From positions 62,001-126,000 of the forward strand of contig CDRNVI010000167.1 in assembly GCA_977017575.1 (NCBI GenBank): a stretch of DNA of 64,000 nucleotides, in the 5' to 3' direction. Under the pieces are notes generated by a model, which was not told the DNA's origin, made no database searches, and worked only from the letters and a program-made list of their open reading frames with translations. Positions 61,481 to 64,000 of this stretch are shown here, piece after piece (positions within the stretch are counted from its first letter, which is position 1; each line of letters opens with the position of its first letter). The DNA comes from Paramoeba atlantica. Lineage: Eukaryota; Protista; Discosea. The position numbers and the translations under genes are program-made.

Positions 61481-62108
61481 TGTTGGGGTGAGACCTGCTT
61501 CCAACATAGAAGTTGTGCCTTTCAGTACCTTTTCAGTTCCTTGAGCCTCCCTGAGCCTTCCCTGAGCTTCCTTGATGCCTTTTATCATGAGTTTTAATCC
61601 TTTCAGAGAGCCTTGAGCCTTTCAGACAGCCGTGCACCATTTTATTGTGATTTTAGCCAAAATCACAAGATTTTTAGCACTTTTTTTATTCAGTTTTCAT
61701 GTTTGTGTTTTTTTTGCCCTTTTTTCTTGCCACTTTGCTGCTTTCTGCTTTCTTTCTGCTTTCTTGTTGCTCTCTCTCTCTCTCTTTGCTTTCCTCTGTG
61801 ATTTTTTGGCTTGCCTTGCTTGCTTTCTATTCTTTTCTTTTGTTGTCATCATCTTTTGTTGCTTTCTTCCTTCTTTAGTTGCTGTGTAGACTTGGAATTC
61901 TGATTTGAGTTGAGTTTTGGCAATTCTGTGCTTTTCTCAGTTGTGATTCCTTTTGTTGTTCTTCTTCTTGCTTTTCTGTTTCTTTGTTGTTGTTTTCTTG
62001 TTCTGTTTGTGTTGGCTGGAGATCTTTCCCATAAAGGTTTTGATTCAAAGTTTCTGTTTCTCTTTCTTTTTTCTTGTTTTCTTTGTTGATCCTACTTCCC
62101 TCCTCACA
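61481..62108 (+). repeat. 3-prime LTR of outer Gypsy-2
   Basis: Preceded by the PPT. Starts TGTTGGGG, ends CTCCTCACA, followed by GATC. Confidence 0.93.
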
Positions 62109-64000
62109 GATCTCCCCTTGAACATTGCATGTTGAGTATCAGAGATTACTCCACTTGCAATTTCAGAAAACCAAAGAGCCCAATATTACATTACAATTCA
62201 ATAATCAGAGTTTGTTACACTTATAAGTCTGAACTGGTCAGGGTGAGGAATGTTCTCAACCTTAAGAATCAATTGTAGCATAATGGCTTAGTTGGTAAAA
62301 CAGCTATTGCTTCAATTCAAGATTGTAGGTTCAAATCCCAAAGAGGAAAATATTAAAAATATTAAAAACATAATTGTGGTATGATGGCTTAGTTGGTAAA
62401 ACAGCTATTGCTTCAATTCGGGGTTGTAGGTTCAAATTCCAAAGAGGAAAATATTAAAAACATTATTTTCTCTTTTTGCTCACTTGAATGTGAAAAACAG
62501 AATAGGTTATCCTCTGCTCTGTTTGCTAAAAAGTAAAGAATAAATTCCCTGAGAAGGAGTTTAAGTGAATTAAAGGTTTTTGGACCATTTGAACCTAAAG
62601 AGGTGAAACTCTATCTTCATTATCTTTAACCTTAAAAAATTAGTGGCTTTGGGTTAGGTTATCATTTAATAAAGTCTAGTGTTAAAAAGAAAAAAACCTT
62701 GGGAATCAAACACAATTGGCTCTTTCCAAAGAAGTCAGGGAATTTCATACTTTCTCCTGCTTGTTGGATCAGTTCAACCCACATTTCTTGATATTTTTTA
62801 TAAGTTTTCTGATAGAGGGAGAAGGGAATTCCATCAGGGCCTGCACTGGTATTGTTGGCTTGAAGAAGTAGCTTCTCAACTTTCAGAAGGTCTACTGTAT
62901 GATTTTCAGAGTTTGGAAAGTGGAAGGGGTGGTTGTTAAGAAGTTCATCAAGGGCTTTAAGATCATAAGAACATTCAATTCCCAAAAGATCACCCCAAAA
63001 GCCTTTAATAGCTTCTTTCATAGTAGATAAGTTATAAGACAAGATGGCCATCAACAATCACTCCTCTCATCTTGGGGGAGACCAACTTTAATCATCTAAG
63101 AAATAATCTTTAATCTCCATTTCTGCCCTTTCAGAGGGTTATCCCAATTCTCAGCAGCTGCTTCTCTCAGTTCAGCTTCTAAGGAGGTGAAGGGGTGGGC
63201 TGGGCTATCCTTTCTAAGGATTCAAGTTGTTCTCAGCTTCTTAACTAAAGTTTGTAGTTTCTAAAATTTCTTAAAGAAATGAGCTTCCTTGTGCTTGCTC
63301 TTCTACAGAGCAGTGAATATCCAGGCTTCAAATTTCATTTTATTAAAACAAGTCATAAGGTCGCCCACAGAGTAGTTTCCAACAGCTTCAGAGAGAGCAG
63401 AAATAAATTTGGGGTTATTAATTAGATATTCAGGAATCCTTTTCTTCTGAGAGTTAATCTTTCACTCTTTTACACTGGCCCCTCCAATCATTACAGTATG
63501 ATCTTTGAATTCAAATGGGATTGCATTCACAAACAAATGATCTTCAGGAGCCTTAAAGGGAAAGAAGATGTGGTCAATGCATCAGCCTTGAAAATGGGTA
63601 AGTTCTAACCAATTGAGGCAAGATAGATTCAGATCAGAGAGGTGTTCAATTAATTTCTGGCAATTGGTTTCATTCAAATTCCAATTGAGGTTCTCAACTA
63701 GAATATTTTTGCTCTGGGGGAAAAAAAACCAGGAGTTAGTTTCAGACCAGAGTGGTGATAAACATTGAAGACTGAGAATTCCTGATTTTGGATGAAAACT
63801 TTTAAACCAAACAATCTACCTTCATTTTTCTCAAAAAAGAAGGGAGAGAGATCTCTCAATCCTTCCACACATCTAATCCCAATCACAAGGTCACATTTCC
63901 TCTTGGAGAAGGAGTTACGAAACCAAATGTACTTCCTTAAATAGTTCTTGAGATGATCAAAATCATTTTCAGATGTTGTATAGGTTTCCTGGAGGAAGAT
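62109..64000 (-). mobile_element. LINE family 2, endonuclease to start of RT (runs off the window)
   Basis: FSVFNVYHH (endonuclease), SAGPDGIPF, QLCLIPK-VENIPHPDQFRLISVTNSDY. It is a diverged relative of family 1. Confidence 0.8.
62273..62694 (+). mobile_element. tRNA-head SINE 2 with duplicated head (~422 bp)
   Basis: Two heads at 62273 and 62374 (A box TGGCTTAGTTGG, B box GGTTCAAAT), A-rich tail, 15-bp TSD AACCTTGGGAATCAA (62695-62709; the left copy 62258-62272 has GG>AA). The body is homologous to SINE 1. Confidence 0.85.

Larger units (their letters stand above)
36847..62108 (+). mobile_element. Ty3/Gypsy chromodomain retrotransposon family 2, outer copy (~11.8 kb after removing five nested insertions; 5-prime LTR lost)
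   Basis: ~3.1-kb leader, then gag ATG at 40008, CCHC knuckles, protease IDSG, RT, RNase H, integrase and chromodomain. PPT AGGGGGGAGG at 61471-61480 and 3-prime LTR at 61481-62108. Reading frames rejoin across every insertion. Confidence 0.9.

Overview
Eukaryotic, AT-rich DNA of a protist-like organism; I cannot identify the species. I see no prokaryotic features. Most entries in the ORF track are artefacts of (GA/CT)n and (A/T)n low-complexity sequence. Left third (1-23.9 kb): a mosaic of duplicated, mostly broken host genes (two one-LRR-per-exon genes, three PB1/coiled-coil paralogues, an ADF/cofilin remnant), one 5S rRNA gene plus a 5S fragment, a Crypton-like tyrosine recombinase, a decayed DIRS/Ngaro-like retroelement hit by a solo LTR, and two abutting inverted-repeat elements. 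Right two thirds (23.9-64 kb): a transposon graveyard around an extremely AT-rich block holding a ~190-bp satellite with a 576-bp higher-order period. It contains a Gypsy element, a PHIS/Harbinger-type DNA transposon, two related tRNA-head SINEs, L1/Tx1-type LINEs with a C-terminal archaeal-type RNase H, and a chromodomain Gypsy invaded four times by its own family and once by a LINE. Three signals stand out: (i) strongly directional C>T/G>A mutation that is most intense next to the AT-rich satellite block, (ii) a candidate centromere/pericentromere architecture, and (iii) a deletion derivative that fuses Gag N-terminus in frame to the chromodomain and is still fully open. All alignments and counts were done by eye, and some frameshifts could be long-read assembly errors.
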